This document shows, one piece after another, positions 51,971 through 61,394 of a stretch of DNA of 64,000 nucleotides. Within the stretch, counting starts at the first letter, position 1; the number at the start of each line of letters is the position of its first letter. A model generated the notes under the pieces. That model worked only from the letters and a program-made list of their open reading frames with translations, ran no database searches and was not told the DNA's origin. This DNA is from Gammaproteobacteria bacterium (lineage in GTDB: Bacteria; Pseudomonadota; Gammaproteobacteria; Ga0077536), in contig JBHIYN010000008.1 in NCBI GenBank assembly GCA_041984235.1, forward strand, positions 220,673 through 284,672, given 5' to 3'. The position numbers and the translations under genes are program-made.

Positions 51971-52877
51971 GGTCGCCGGCGAGCGGCAGACGTCGTGGCG
52001 CGACCTGTGGTGCATCGGCCAGGCTCACGGTGCCCGCGTCGCAATCCAGCACGACCAGCGCTTCGCAGTCGGTGCCGTCGCTGCGCGCGGTGAACAGCAC
52101 GGTGCCGCGCGTGCGCCCGTCATCGTCGACCAGCCGCGCGCCGGCCGGGAGCGCCGCCTCGCAGGTGAGCGCGAAGCGCGCCAGGCGGCGCTTGACGCTG
52201 CCGCGGAAGCGTACCCGTGCAACAATCTCCTGGCCCGGGTAGCAGCCCTTCTCGAAGCTGACGCCGGCGCGGCGATCGAGATCGAGCTCCTGCGGCAGGA
52301 AGGTGTCGGCGAGGGTCTGCTCGAGGCGCGGCTCGCCGCGCCGAATGTCACTCAGCGCCACGGCGTTGGCGTCGAGGGCCGGCAGCTCGAGCCGCTGCCA
52401 GTAATCGGCGAGTGCCTGCTTCGGTCCGGCCAGCCAGGCCTGGTCACGTTCGCGGCCACACTCGATGACGCCGTCCATGGCGGGCAGCTCGCCCGTCCCG
52501 TCGCAGCGCAGGACGCCGTGCGTGGCCGAGCGATCCTCGATGGTGACCGCCGCGCGTAATACGTACATGCGCAGACGCCTGCAGAACGCCTCGGACTGCG
52601 CGGCTGGCAGCAGCACCAGCACACCCGTGGCGGTGCGCAGCAGGCGCAGCAGGAACAGCACGCGGCCCTTGGGCGAGCACCACGCGGCGAGGCGGCTGTC
52701 GCCGGGCGCCATCGCCGCGACGTCGGTGGTGAACTGGCCGTGCAGGAAGGGGACCGCGTCGTCGCCACCGATCGCAATTGGCGCGATATCGGTCAGCGCG
52801 GCACGGGCACCGGCAGCTGCCGCGCGCAGCGCACCCGGCGCGTCACCGGGCGGTGGCCACGACACCGCGTCACTCAT
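51960..52877 (-). CDS. ygfZ: Folate-binding Fe-S/tRNA-modification protein YgfZ
   Basis: FLHGQFTTD and the signature KGCYPGQE. Confidence 0.9.
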   Translation of the reverse strand: MSDAVSWPPPGDAPGALRAAAAGARAALTDIAPIAIGGDDAVPFLHGQFTTDVAAMAPGDSRLAAWCSPKGRVLFLLRLLRTATGVLVLLPAAQSEAFCRRLRMYVLRAAVTIEDRSATHGVLRCDGTGELPAMDGVIECGRERDQAWLAGPKQALADYWQRLELPALDANAVALSDIRRGEPRLEQTLADTFLPQELDLDRRAGVSFEKGCYPGQEIVARVRFRGSVKRRLARFALTCEAALPAGARLVDDDGRTRGTVLFTARSDGTDCEALVVLDCDAGTVSLADAPQVAPRRLPLAGDLVD

Positions 52878-53122
52878 GCCGGCGGCGGCGCGCCGAGACG
52901 ATCGACCAGGGCGGCAAAATCCGGGTCGGTCGGGCGCGAGCGCCCGGTTACCCAGGCGTAGAGATCCATGTCACTGCTGTCGAGAAAGCGCTCGAACAGC
53001 GCGAGTTCAGTGGCCGACAGGTCGTTCGCGTTGCGTTCCAGCCAGCTCTCGAGCACGAGATCGAGCTCGCGCATGCCTCGCCGGCAGCGCCAGCGCAGCC
53101 GATTGATGGCGCCGGCCGCCAT
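52874..53122 (-). CDS. sdhE: Succinate dehydrogenase flavinylation factor SdhE
   Basis: RLRWRCRRGMRELD (RGxxE motif). Confidence 0.93.
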   Translation of the reverse strand: MAAGAINRLRWRCRRGMRELDLVLESWLERNANDLSATELALFERFLDSSDMDLYAWVTGRSRPTDPDFAALVDRLGAPPPA

Positions 53123-53125
53123 CAC

Positions 53126-53908
53126 TCACAGGCTGCGCTGGACCATCATCTTCTTGATCTCGGCGATGGCCTTGGCCGGATTGAGACCCTTGGGGCAGGT
53201 CTTGGCGCAGTTCATGATCGTGTGGCAGCGATAGAGGCGGAACGGATCCTCGAGGTTGTCCAGCCGCTCGCCGGTGGCCTCGTCGCGACTGTCGACCAGC
53301 CAGCGATGCGCCTGCAGCAGGATTGCAGGGCCGAGGTAACGATCGCTGTTCCACCAGTAGCTCGGGCAACTCGTCGAGCAGCACGCGCACAGGATGCACT
53401 CGTAGAGGCCGTCGAGCTTCTCACGGTCTTCCGTGGACTGCAGGCGTTCCTTGTCCGGCGGCGCCGGCGTCTGTGACTGCAGCCAGGGCTTGATCGAGGC
53501 GTACTGGGCGTAGAAGTGCTTGAGATCCGGCACCAGGTCCTTGACCACCTGCATGTGCGGCAGCGGGTAGATCTTCACGTCGCCCTTTACCTCGCTGATT
53601 GCCTTGGTGCAGGCCAGCGTGTTGGTACCGTCGATGTTCATCGCGCACGAGCCGCAGATTCCCTCGCGGCAGGAACGGCGGAAGGTCAGGGTCGGGTCGA
53701 TCTCGTTCTTGATGTAGATGATCGCGTCCAGCACCATCGGTCCGCACTTGTCGAGATCGATGTGGTAGGTGTCGACGCGCGGGTTCTCGCCGCTGTCGGG
53801 CTCCCAGCGGTAGATGCGGAACGTGGCCGAGCGTTTGGCACCGTTGGCATGGTCGAACGTCTTGCCGGTGCCAATCTGTGAGTTCTTGGGTAGTGTGAAT
53901 TGCGCCAT
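53126..53908 (-). CDS. sdhB: Succinate dehydrogenase iron-sulfur subunit
   Basis: [22 protein letters not shown] and CHTIMNC...CP. Confidence 0.97.
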   Translation of the reverse strand: MAQFTLPKNSQIGTGKTFDHANGAKRSATFRIYRWEPDSGENPRVDTYHIDLDKCGPMVLDAIIYIKNEIDPTLTFRRSCREGICGSCAMNIDGTNTLACTKAISEVKGDVKIYPLPHMQVVKDLVPDLKHFYAQYASIKPWLQSQTPAPPDKERLQSTEDREKLDGLYECILCACCSTSCPSYWWNSDRYLGPAILLQAHRWLVDSRDEATGERLDNLEDPFRLYRCHTIMNCAKTCPKGLNPAKAIAEIKKMMVQRSL

Positions 53909-53923
53909 GGGGATGACCGTCGC

Positions 53924-55714
53924 TCAGTAAACGCGTTTCTTGGGCGGCACGACTTCGACGTCGTCGCTCAGGGTGTAGAGATGCACGGGGCGGTAGCCGA
54001 AGGTGACCTTGCCGCCGTCGCCGAGCCAGGTCAGGGTGTGCTTCATCCAGTTCTCGTCGTCGCGGTCCGGATAGTCCTCGCGCGCGTGCGCGCCGCGGCT
54101 CTCGGTGCGGTTGGCGGCGGCATCGATGCTGACCAGCGCGCTGCCGAGCAGGTTCTCGAGCTCCAGTGTCTCGACGAGATCGGTGTTCCAGACCATCGAG
54201 CGGTCGCTGACCTTGACGTGCTGGAAGGCCTGGTAGACCTCGCGCAGTTTGGCCTGTCCTTCGGCGAGCGTCTCGCCGGTACGGAATACGGCGGCGTGGT
54301 TCTGCATGGTGCGCTGCATGTCGTCACGCAGCTTGGCGGTCGACTCCGAGCCGTCGGCGTGGCGCAGGGCGTCGAAACGCGACAGGATGCGGTCGATGGC
54401 GTCGCCACGCACCGCCGGCTGGGTTGCACCGGGCTTGACGATCTCCGCGCAGCGCTTGGCCGCCGCGCGCCCGAACACCACGAGGTCGAGCAGCGAATTC
54501 GATCCCAGTCGATTGGCGCCGTGCACCGAGACGCAGGCGGCTTCGCCGATCGACATCAGGCCGGGGACCACCGTGTCCGGGTTGTCGTCCTTGAGCGTGA
54601 CCACCTCGCCGAGGTAGTTGGTCTGGATGCCCCCCATGTTGTAGTGAACCGTCGGCAACACCGGAATGGGCTCGCGGGTGACGTCGACGCCGGCGAAGAT
54701 CGCGGCCGACTCGGCGATGCCGGGCAGGCGTTTGTTGATGACGTCTGCGCCGAGGTGCTCGAGATGCAGGTGGATGTGGTCCTTGTGCTCCCCGACGCCG
54801 CGGCCTTCGCGGATCTCGATGGTCATCGAGCGCGAGACGACGTCACGCGAGGCGAGGTCCTTGGCGTTCGGGGCGTAGCGCTCCATGAAGCGCTCGCCGT
54901 CGGAGTTGGTCAGGTAGCCACCCTCGCCGCGCACCCCCTCGGTGATGAGACAGCCGGCGCCATAGATGCCGGTGGGGTGGAACTGGGTGAATTCCATGTC
55001 CTGCAGCGGCAGCCCGGCGCGCAGCACCATGCCGTTGCCGTCGCCGGTGCAGGTATGGGCCGAGGTGCAGGAGAAGTAGCTGCGGCCATAACCGCCGGTG
55101 GCCAGCACGACCATCTGCGCGCGGAACAGGTGCAGGGTGCCGTCTTCGAGGTTCCACGCAACGACCCCGCGGCAGGTGCCGTCGTCGTCCATCACCAGGT
55201 CGATGGCGAAGTACTCGATCATGAACTCCGCGTCGTGTTTGAGCGACTGCTGGTAGAGCGTATGCAGAATGGCATGGCCGGTACGGTCGGCGGCGGCGCA
55301 GGTACGCTGCGCGATGCCCTCGCCGAAATTGGTCGTCATGCCGCCGAACGGGCGCTGGTAGATTTCGCCGCTCTCGGTGCGCGAGAACGGCACGCCGTAG
55401 TGCTCCAGCTCGATCACCGCCGGAATGGCCTCGCGGCACATGTACTCGATCGCATCCTGGTCGCCGAGCCAGTCGGAGCCCTTGATGGTGTCGTACATGT
55501 GCCAGCGCCAGTCGTCCGGCCCCATGTTGCCCAGCGCCGCGCTCATGCCGCCCTGGGCGGCGACGGTGTGGCTGCGGGTCGGGAACACCTTGGTGATGCA
55601 GGCGGTGGCGAGGCCCTCGGCCGCCATGCCGAAGGTGGCGCGCAGCCCTGCACCACCGGCGCCGACGACGACGACGTCGTAAGTGTGTTCGATCAGTTGA
55701 TATTCAGCGGGCAT
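53924..55714 (-). CDS. sdhA: Succinate dehydrogenase flavoprotein
   Basis: [22 protein letters not shown] and HGANRLG. Confidence 0.97.
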   Translation of the reverse strand: MPAEYQLIEHTYDVVVVGAGGAGLRATFGMAAEGLATACITKVFPTRSHTVAAQGGMSAALGNMGPDDWRWHMYDTIKGSDWLGDQDAIEYMCREAIPAVIELEHYGVPFSRTESGEIYQRPFGGMTTNFGEGIAQRTCAAADRTGHAILHTLYQQSLKHDAEFMIEYFAIDLVMDDDGTCRGVVAWNLEDGTLHLFRAQMVVLATGGYGRSYFSCTSAHTCTGDGNGMVLRAGLPLQDMEFTQFHPTGIYGAGCLITEGVRGEGGYLTNSDGERFMERYAPNAKDLASRDVVSRSMTIEIREGRGVGEHKDHIHLHLEHLGADVINKRLPGIAESAAIFAGVDVTREPIPVLPTVHYNMGGIQTNYLGEVVTLKDDNPDTVVPGLMSIGEAACVSVHGANRLGSNSLLDLVVFGRAAAKRCAEIVKPGATQPAVRGDAIDRILSRFDALRHADGSESTAKLRDDMQRTMQNHAAVFRTGETLAEGQAKLREVYQAFQHVKVSDRSMVWNTDLVETLELENLLGSALVSIDAAANRTESRGAHAREDYPDRDDENWMKHTLTWLGDGGKVTFGYRPVHLYTLSDDVEVVPPKKRVY

Positions 55715-55726
55715 GAGGGTGTCCGT

Positions 55727-56110
55727 TCAGGCGGTGGCAAAGGAGATTTTCAGAATCGCGACGACGCCGAGCAGCGCGCCGAAGGCGAGTGCCAGCTTCA
55801 TCACGATGAGTGCCGCCACCTTGGTGAACTCGGCGTGCACGTAGTCCTCGATGACCACCTGCAGGCCGAGCGCGGCGTGGTAGAAGACGCTCAGCACGAG
55901 CCCGATCAGCAGTACCGTTACGAACGGGGAGCCGATCCAGCTCACGATTTCGGCATGGCTGTCGCCGAGATGACCGAGGATGGTCGTGGCGAACCACAGC
56001 GCCAGCGGGATCAGCGCGATGGCGCTGAGGCGCTGGTGCCACCAGTGATGGGATCCGCTCTTGGCCGAGCCGAGTCCGCGTACGCGGCCGAGATCGCTGC
56101 GCAGGCTCAT
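55727..56110 (-). CDS. sdhD: Succinate dehydrogenase membrane anchor
   Basis: GLGSAKSGSHHWWHQR and HAALGLQVVIEDYVH. Confidence 0.95.
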   Translation of the reverse strand: MSLRSDLGRVRGLGSAKSGSHHWWHQRLSAIALIPLALWFATTILGHLGDSHAEIVSWIGSPFVTVLLIGLVLSVFYHAALGLQVVIEDYVHAEFTKVAALIVMKLALAFGALLGVVAILKISFATA

Positions 56111-56496
56111 GCCGCGCCTCCCTGGGCCAGTACACAGCCCCAGGTCAGCGCCGTGAGCGCGATGCAGCCGACGAGGACCGCGATGCCGGTCTTGTCGGCG
56201 GTGTCGAGCGCGAAACCCCGGCCGGTGTCCCACAGCAGGTGGCGAATACCGTTCAGCAGATGGTAGTAGAAGGCCAGCGTCCAGCCGAACAGTACGATCT
56301 GCGCCGGCAGCGATGCGAGACAGGTGCGCGCCTGCTCGTAGGCCTCGGCGCCGAGCGCGGCCGCGACCAGCCAGTACAGCAGGAGCAGCGTGCCCAGTGC
56401 GAGGAAAACGCCGGTCGCGCGGTGCGTGATCGACAGCTTCGCGAGCAACGGCAGCCGGTAGACCTGCAGGTGCGGTGAAAGAGGGTTGTCAGGCAT
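56107..56496 (-). CDS. sdhC: Succinate dehydrogenase cytochrome b556 subunit
   Basis: PLSPHLQVYR, SITHRATG and HLLNGIRHLLWD. Confidence 0.95.
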   Translation of the reverse strand: MPDNPLSPHLQVYRLPLLAKLSITHRATGVFLALGTLLLLYWLVAAALGAEAYEQARTCLASLPAQIVLFGWTLAFYYHLLNGIRHLLWDTGRGFALDTADKTGIAVLVGCIALTALTWGCVLAQGGAA

Positions 56497-56647
56497 GGGC
56501 TAACCGCTCGTCATGTTCGGGTGGTACACAATCGCCGGCGACGGATCGCGTCCGGCAGGTATTTCGGTCACCGCGCCGCCCGGACCGCGCGGCCGGGTGC
56601 TTCGATGGCGGGCGACATGTCGGCGCTGGCGTTGCCGTCAGCGCACT

Positions 56648-56818
56648 TCAGAAATCGATACAGCGTCCCTTGCGTTCCCAGTCACCGTAACGGGTCGGCT
56701 CCGGACCCTTGGGTCCGCCAATCTCCTTCGGCCCGACCTTTGGCGGCCGCTCCTGCCCGTTGTCTTCGGGGGAGATCTCGGGCGCGTCGGAGGGCGGGTC
56801 TTGATGCTTGTCGGACAT
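56648..56818 (-). CDS. Succinate dehydrogenase assembly factor 4 (SdhAF4/Sdh8, DUF1674); absent from the ORF track
   Basis: Hand translation: MSDKHQDPPSDAPEISPEDNGQERPPKVGPKEIGGPKGPEPTRYGDWERKGRCIDF* (56 aa), carrying the EIGGP.GPEPTRYGDWE.KGR..DF signature. Confidence 0.93.
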   Translation of the reverse strand: MSDKHQDPPSDAPEISPEDNGQERPPKVGPKEIGGPKGPEPTRYGDWERKGRCIDF

Positions 56819-56919
56819 GGTTCGTGGCGCTGCGTCTGCGCAGATCGTCAGCCCGTAAGTATCTGGCCCCGACGCATCAATTTCAAGCGCGCTCCGGGCG
56901 CGCTATGCTGGCTCGCGCG

Positions 56920-57366
56920 ATGGGTGCGTTCGATGGACCGATACACCTTCACGTCGGGCGTTCACGCCGCCTGCTCGGCGCCGTGCTGTTGGCACACGGC
57001 GCGGCGCTGGGCTGGACGCTGCTCATGTTCGCGCCGGGCTGGGCATACGGGGCGGTCGCGGCTGCGCTGGCGGCCAATGCACTGCGCTGCGTGCTGCTGC
57101 ACGGCCGCCGGCGGGACGACGATGTCGTCGCGTTGCTGCTCAAGGCGAGCGGCCGCTGGCAGGTGACCCTGCGCGACGGGCGCGTGCTGAACGCGGAGCT
57201 GACCGGCGCGCCGCTGGTCAGCGTGGCGGTGATCTGTCTCAGCCTGCGGCTGGGCAGCGGGCAGCGGCGCGACCTGGCCCTGCTCGGCGACAACGTCGCA
57301 GCGGCGGCGCACCGGCGGCTGCGCGTGCGCCTGCGCCATGTGCGGCGCCCTGCGGTGCGCTCGTGA
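56920..57366 (+). CDS. YgfX/CptA-like inner membrane protein
   Basis: SRRL..VLLAH, two TM helices and a C-terminal D......HRRLRVRLR. Confidence 0.7.
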   Translation: MGAFDGPIHLHVGRSRRLLGAVLLAHGAALGWTLLMFAPGWAYGAVAAALAANALRCVLLHGRRRDDDVVALLLKASGRWQVTLRDGRVLNAELTGAPLVSVAVICLSLRLGSGQRRDLALLGDNVAAAAHRRLRVRLRHVRRPAVRS

Positions 57367-57376
57367 GCTTGCATCG

Positions 57377-58201
57377 TCAGCCGAGACGCGCACTGCGCCA
57401 GGCCAGGTAGAGCTTGTGCACCGGGGTCGGCTCGACGCGTCGCTCGATCACGCTGCAGTCGTCGTCCAGGGTCAGTCGCAGGGCGTGCAGACGGATGCGG
57501 GCGAGCGTCGTGAACAGCCGCTGGCGGCGGCGCAGGGCGCGCGGCAGGGCGGCGACGCACGCAGCGAGTTGTTCGTGCACGGTGCCGAGCTCCTCGCGCA
57601 GGAGCACACGCAGGGCGTCGGAGCTGGTCGCCGTACGGATGTCCTCGACGTGCAGGCGGTGCCGGGCGAGCGCGTCGTCGGCGAGGTAGAGCGTGCCGCC
57701 GGCACGGTGATGGCGCAGGTCGCACAGCGCGTAGGCGAGCTCGGTCAGCGCGCACAGACGCTGCGGAGGTATGGCTTCGGCGTGCGGCTGCGCGCCCGCT
57801 AGCGCCGTCCACACCTCGCCGTGCAGCGCGGAGATTGCCGCAATGACCGCCGCTCGATCGGCGAGGCGGGGCTCGAGCAGGCTCGCATCGACAGCGTCGA
57901 CCAGCCGCACGAAGACCGCGCGCAGCGTCGGCTCTTCGGCCAGCAGCGGCGCGGCCGCGCGGGTTAGCGGGTGCCGCGCGGACGCGCCACCGTCAGCGCT
58001 CAGCTCTTCGCGCCACCAGGCCAGCTTGACATGGGCCACGCCGCGGTCGCTGCAGCTTGCCGGGATCCGTGCGAGCTCGCGGTGCAGGGCCTCGATGATG
58101 CGCGCCCGCTCGCGCGCGGCGGCGTCCAGGTAGTGACTGGCGTAGTAGAAATCACTGCCCGGCGCGGGCGTCACCGCGGCCCTGGCCTGCGCGTCGTTCA
58201 C
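57377..58201 (-). CDS. Squalene/phytoene synthase-fold protein (HpnD-like, degenerate)
   Basis: GSDFYYA, VAHVKLAWWREE, HPLT, LYL and PVHKL.LAW; the Asp-rich motifs are absent. Confidence 0.7.
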   Translation of the reverse strand: MNDAQARAAVTPAPGSDFYYASHYLDAAARERARIIEALHRELARIPASCSDRGVAHVKLAWWREELSADGGASARHPLTRAAAPLLAEEPTLRAVFVRLVDAVDASLLEPRLADRAAVIAAISALHGEVWTALAGAQPHAEAIPPQRLCALTELAYALCDLRHHRAGGTLYLADDALARHRLHVEDIRTATSSDALRVLLREELGTVHEQLAACVAALPRALRRRQRLFTTLARIRLHALRLTLDDDCSVIERRVEPTPVHKLYLAWRSARLG

Positions 58202-58854
58202 AGCCAGTCGAGCAGCTCGTGCGGGGCGTGCACGCTGCCGTCGCCACCCCAGGTGTGTGGTTGCTCGTCGGGCGCGATGTAGCCGTACAGCGCGACCACC
58301 ACCGGCATGCCGGCCGCCGTCGCGGCCTGCACGTCGCGTTCCGCGTCACCGACATAGAGGCACGAGGCCGGCGGTTGCCCGAGCGCATCCGAGGCCGCCA
58401 GCAGGGGATCGGGATGCGGCTTGGCGCGTGCCGTGGTGTCGCCCGAAACGACACAGGCGGCACGCCCGGCGAGGTTCAGCGCGGCGAGCAGCGGCGTCGT
58501 CAGCCAGCCCGGCTTGTTGGTGACGATACCCCACGGACGGCGACTGGCCTCGATGCGTTCCAGTACCGCGGCGATGCCGGCGAACAGGCGGGTCTCGCAG
58601 GCGACGTCGTCGCGGTAGACGTCGAGCAGTCGCTGACGGCGGTCGGCGAAAGCCGTGCTGTCCTCGGCGTAGTCGAAGCCGAGCCGGACCAGGGCCAGCG
58701 AGCCATGCGACACCCACGGCCGGATGCTGGCATAGGGCAGGGGGGCAAGGCCGTCTTCGGCGCGTACTCGGTTGAGCGCCCGCGCCAGGTCGGGCGCAGT
58801 GTCGAGCAGGGTACCGTCGAGGTCGAACAGGACCGCGCGGGGCGCTGCTCTCAT
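58198..58854 (-). CDS. HAD-family phosphatase (Gph/MupP-like)
   Basis: FDLDGTLLDT, VTNK, KPHPDP and YVGDAERD; follows ubiG. Confidence 0.9.
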   Translation of the reverse strand: MRAAPRAVLFDLDGTLLDTAPDLARALNRVRAEDGLAPLPYASIRPWVSHGSLALVRLGFDYAEDSTAFADRRQRLLDVYRDDVACETRLFAGIAAVLERIEASRRPWGIVTNKPGWLTTPLLAALNLAGRAACVVSGDTTARAKPHPDPLLAASDALGQPPASCLYVGDAERDVQAATAAGMPVVVALYGYIAPDEQPHTWGGDGSVHAPHELLDWL

Positions 58855-59573
58855 CGGGGGGCCGGGTCGCCGCGCCGCAGGCGCGCGAGGTAGTTGACCC
58901 GCGGCGCACCGCCGAGGCGGGCACGCCGCGTGATCGGGTTGTAACGCATGCCACTGACATCGAGCAGCTCGAGGCCGTGCCGTCGCGCACAGCGTGCGAG
59001 CTCGGCCGGGCGCAGGAAGCGCTCGTAGTCATGGGTGCCGCGCGGCAGCAGACCGAGCACGTACTCGGCGCCGAGAATCGCCGTGACGTAGGCGGCGGGC
59101 GTGCGGTTCAGGGTCGACACCACCAGCTCGCCGCCATCACGCAGCAGTTGCGCACAATCGCCGATCAGGGCGTCGACGTCGGGCACGTGCTCGACCAGCT
59201 CCATGCACACGACCAGGTCGAAGGCCCGCGGTTCACGCGTTGCGAGGGCGGCGCACAGCTCGGCGCGGTAATCGATGTCCAGACCATGTGCCTTGCCGTG
59301 CGCGCGCGCGACCTCGATCAGCTCGGGCGCCGCGTCGATGGCCGTCACCTGCGCGCCGCGCGCGGCCAGGGCCGTGCTCAACAAGCCGCCCCCGCAGCCG
59401 ATGTCCGCCACCCGACGGCCGTCGAGCGGGCAGGCAGCGGCAATGTATTCGAGGCGGCACGGATTGATGTCGTGCAGGGTACGCAGCGGGCCATCCGCAT
59501 CCCACCACTGCGCGGCGAGCGTCGCGAAGCGGTCGCGTTCGTCGCCGTCGAGATTGGGCGTGTCCGTGGCCAC
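58851..59573 (-). CDS. ubiG: Ubiquinone biosynthesis O-methyltransferase
   Basis: WWD.DGPLRTLHDINP.R, DIGCGGG, CMELVEHVPD, STLNRT and LLPRGTHDY; GTG start inferred. Confidence 0.94.
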   Translation of the reverse strand: MATDTPNLDGDERDRFATLAAQWWDADGPLRTLHDINPCRLEYIAAACPLDGRRVADIGCGGGLLSTALAARGAQVTAIDAAPELIEVARAHGKAHGLDIDYRAELCAALATREPRAFDLVVCMELVEHVPDVDALIGDCAQLLRDGGELVVSTLNRTPAAYVTAILGAEYVLGLLPRGTHDYERFLRPAELARCARRHGLELLDVSGMRYNPITRRARLGGAPRVNYLARLRRGDPAPR

Positions 59574-59601
59574 GGGTCGCGGGGGTCGGCTCCTGCCGCG
59601 C

Positions 59602-61350
59602 TCAGTTCTCGATGGCGCGGACGACGCGGAAGCCGGTGTAGACGTCGCTCGCCGAGGCGTCCAGCGAGGTGCGCGCCGCGGAGCGCAGCGCGTCGGCACC
59701 ATCGGCATAGCTGCCACCACGCACGACCCGCGGTCCGGCGTTGCCGACGATGCGCGCGCTGCCGTTGCCGTGAGCGCCGTGGTAATCCTCGAACCAGGTG
59801 TCCTCGACCCACTCGCGGACGTTGCCGACCATGTGGTAGAGGCGGAAATCATTGCGGTTGATGGTGCGATCGTTGGCTGCCAGCGGACGCTCTTCGGCGC
59901 CGCGGAAGCTGAAACGCGCATGCGTCGGCAGCAACTCGTCGCCGAAGGGATAGGGTGTGGTGGTGCCGGCACGCGCCGCGTATTCCCACTCGGCTTCGCT
60001 CGGCAGGCGGTAGCGCGCCCCGGTGACCTCGGACAGCCAGGCGGCGTAGTCGCGCGCCGTCTGCCAGCTCACGTTGACCGCCGGCAGGGCCGGGTCGTTC
60101 CACGGTTGCGCCGGGCAGTCGCGCCCGGCGTGCCGGCACCAGGACGCCAGTTCCGCGCCACTGATCTCGAACATGCCGATGGCGAGCGGATAATCGATGC
60201 GCACGGTGTGGCGCGGCTGTTCCTGCGCCTGTTCGCCACCCATGGTGAATTCGCCCGGCGGCAGCACCACCAGTACCGGCCCCTTGATGCCGGAGTCCAT
60301 GATGTCGATGCAATAGGGGCGGCGCTCGCGGGCCAGCTCGGCCTTGCAGTTGCTGCGCCGGCTACTGGCTTTCGCGGGCGCCGTAACCGCGGCGGCCGCC
60401 GGCGCTGCGGTTACCGCCGCCCGGGTTGCTGCGGCGGGTTCGGCCGGCGCGGTCGCGGCCGGCGCCTCCGCGCTCGGGGCATCCGCGGCGGCCTCGTCCG
60501 CAGCCTCCGGTGGCTCGACCACGTCTTCCGCGACCGGTTCCGCCTCCTCTGCGTCCGTTTCGGGTTCCTGCGGCACCGCCTCGTCGGCCGCGGGCGGCTC
60601 CTGCACCGCGGGTGCCACATCGGGTTCGAAGGGCATCTCGGGCGCGCGCTCTCCGGCGATGCCGAGGTGCTCCTCGCGGGCATCCACCCACACCTCGCGC
60701 GCGCGACGGAAGCGTTCATCGGTAATGCCGAGGTGCTCGGCGAGGTCGAGCAGCTCGGCCTGCGCATCGAGTGCTTCCTCGGCGTCGCCGATCCCCAGCA
60801 ACGCGCGCTCGGAGCCGATTTGTCGCAACAGGGCATCACCCATGCGGCGCAGGGAGTCGCTGCCCGCGAGTGCCGCGCGACCATCGGGAGCGAGGTCGTC
60901 GTAGGCTCGGCGCAGCGCGGCGAGGCTGGCCGAGGTCCAGGAATTGTCGGCGAGGAACCGCTCGAGCAGGTCTTTCTCGATCACCGCCGGGACCGGCACG
61001 GCGGGGGGCTCGCCGCCGTCGTCACGTGCCAGCCACTGCAGCGCGCCCCAGGCGACCGCGGCGACCACCGCCAGGGTGACCAGCACCGTCAGCCATGGGA
61101 AGCCGCGCGCTTCGTCGGCGCCGGCGGCCGTAGCCACTGCGGGCATGATCTCCTGCGTGGTGTCGCCGTCGTCCTCGTCGTAAGGGAACACCGTCGGCGC
61201 TTCCGGCTCCGGCGCCCGCCACGCGACCACCGGCGCTTCGCCGGCGACGATGCGTTCGATCAGCTCGCGCCGCTTGACGCGGTAGGATTCGCGGTCGAGG
61301 TCGCCGGCGGCATAGGTCCGCGACAGTTCGCGCAGGGTTTCGGAGCTCAT
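59602..61350 (-). CDS. Single-pass membrane protein with Ala/Pro/Glu linker and C-terminal FGE-sulfatase (SUMF1)-like domain
   Basis: TM helix WLTVLVTLAVVAAVAWG, RLPSEAEWEYAARAG, GNVREWV, RVVRGGSY and GFRVVR. Confidence 0.85.
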   Translation of the reverse strand: MSSETLRELSRTYAAGDLDRESYRVKRRELIERIVAGEAPVVAWRAPEPEAPTVFPYDEDDGDTTQEIMPAVATAAGADEARGFPWLTVLVTLAVVAAVAWGALQWLARDDGGEPPAVPVPAVIEKDLLERFLADNSWTSASLAALRRAYDDLAPDGRAALAGSDSLRRMGDALLRQIGSERALLGIGDAEEALDAQAELLDLAEHLGITDERFRRAREVWVDAREEHLGIAGERAPEMPFEPDVAPAVQEPPAADEAVPQEPETDAEEAEPVAEDVVEPPEAADEAAADAPSAEAPAATAPAEPAAATRAAVTAAPAAAAVTAPAKASSRRSNCKAELARERRPYCIDIMDSGIKGPVLVVLPPGEFTMGGEQAQEQPRHTVRIDYPLAIGMFEISGAELASWCRHAGRDCPAQPWNDPALPAVNVSWQTARDYAAWLSEVTGARYRLPSEAEWEYAARAGTTTPYPFGDELLPTHARFSFRGAEERPLAANDRTINRNDFRLYHMVGNVREWVEDTWFEDYHGAHGNGSARIVGNAGPRVVRGGSYADGADALRSAARTSLDASASDVYTGFRVVRAIEN

Positions 61351-61394
61351 AGCGTCGTTGTGTCAGCCGTTGCAGCCGGGGCCATCGCGTGGCG

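Noticed and set aside
53900-56266. Long antisense or alternate-frame ORFs (also 326-2446, 2714-4552, 46133-48334, 59275-61566, 28532-30301)
   Set aside because: They shadow well-recognised genes, have no motifs, and are expected from stop-codon scarcity in high-GC DNA.
56521-56919. 5' extension of the 281-aa ORF, or an ncRNA between sdhC and ygfX
   Set aside because: The interval is explained by the minus-strand SdhAF4 gene and divergent promoters; the ygfX-like protein plausibly starts at 56920.
56920-57366. CptA/CptB toxin-antitoxin system
   Set aside because: YgfX is not adjacent to sdhE here, and SdhE is an established flavinylation factor; nothing in the sequence supports a TA module.
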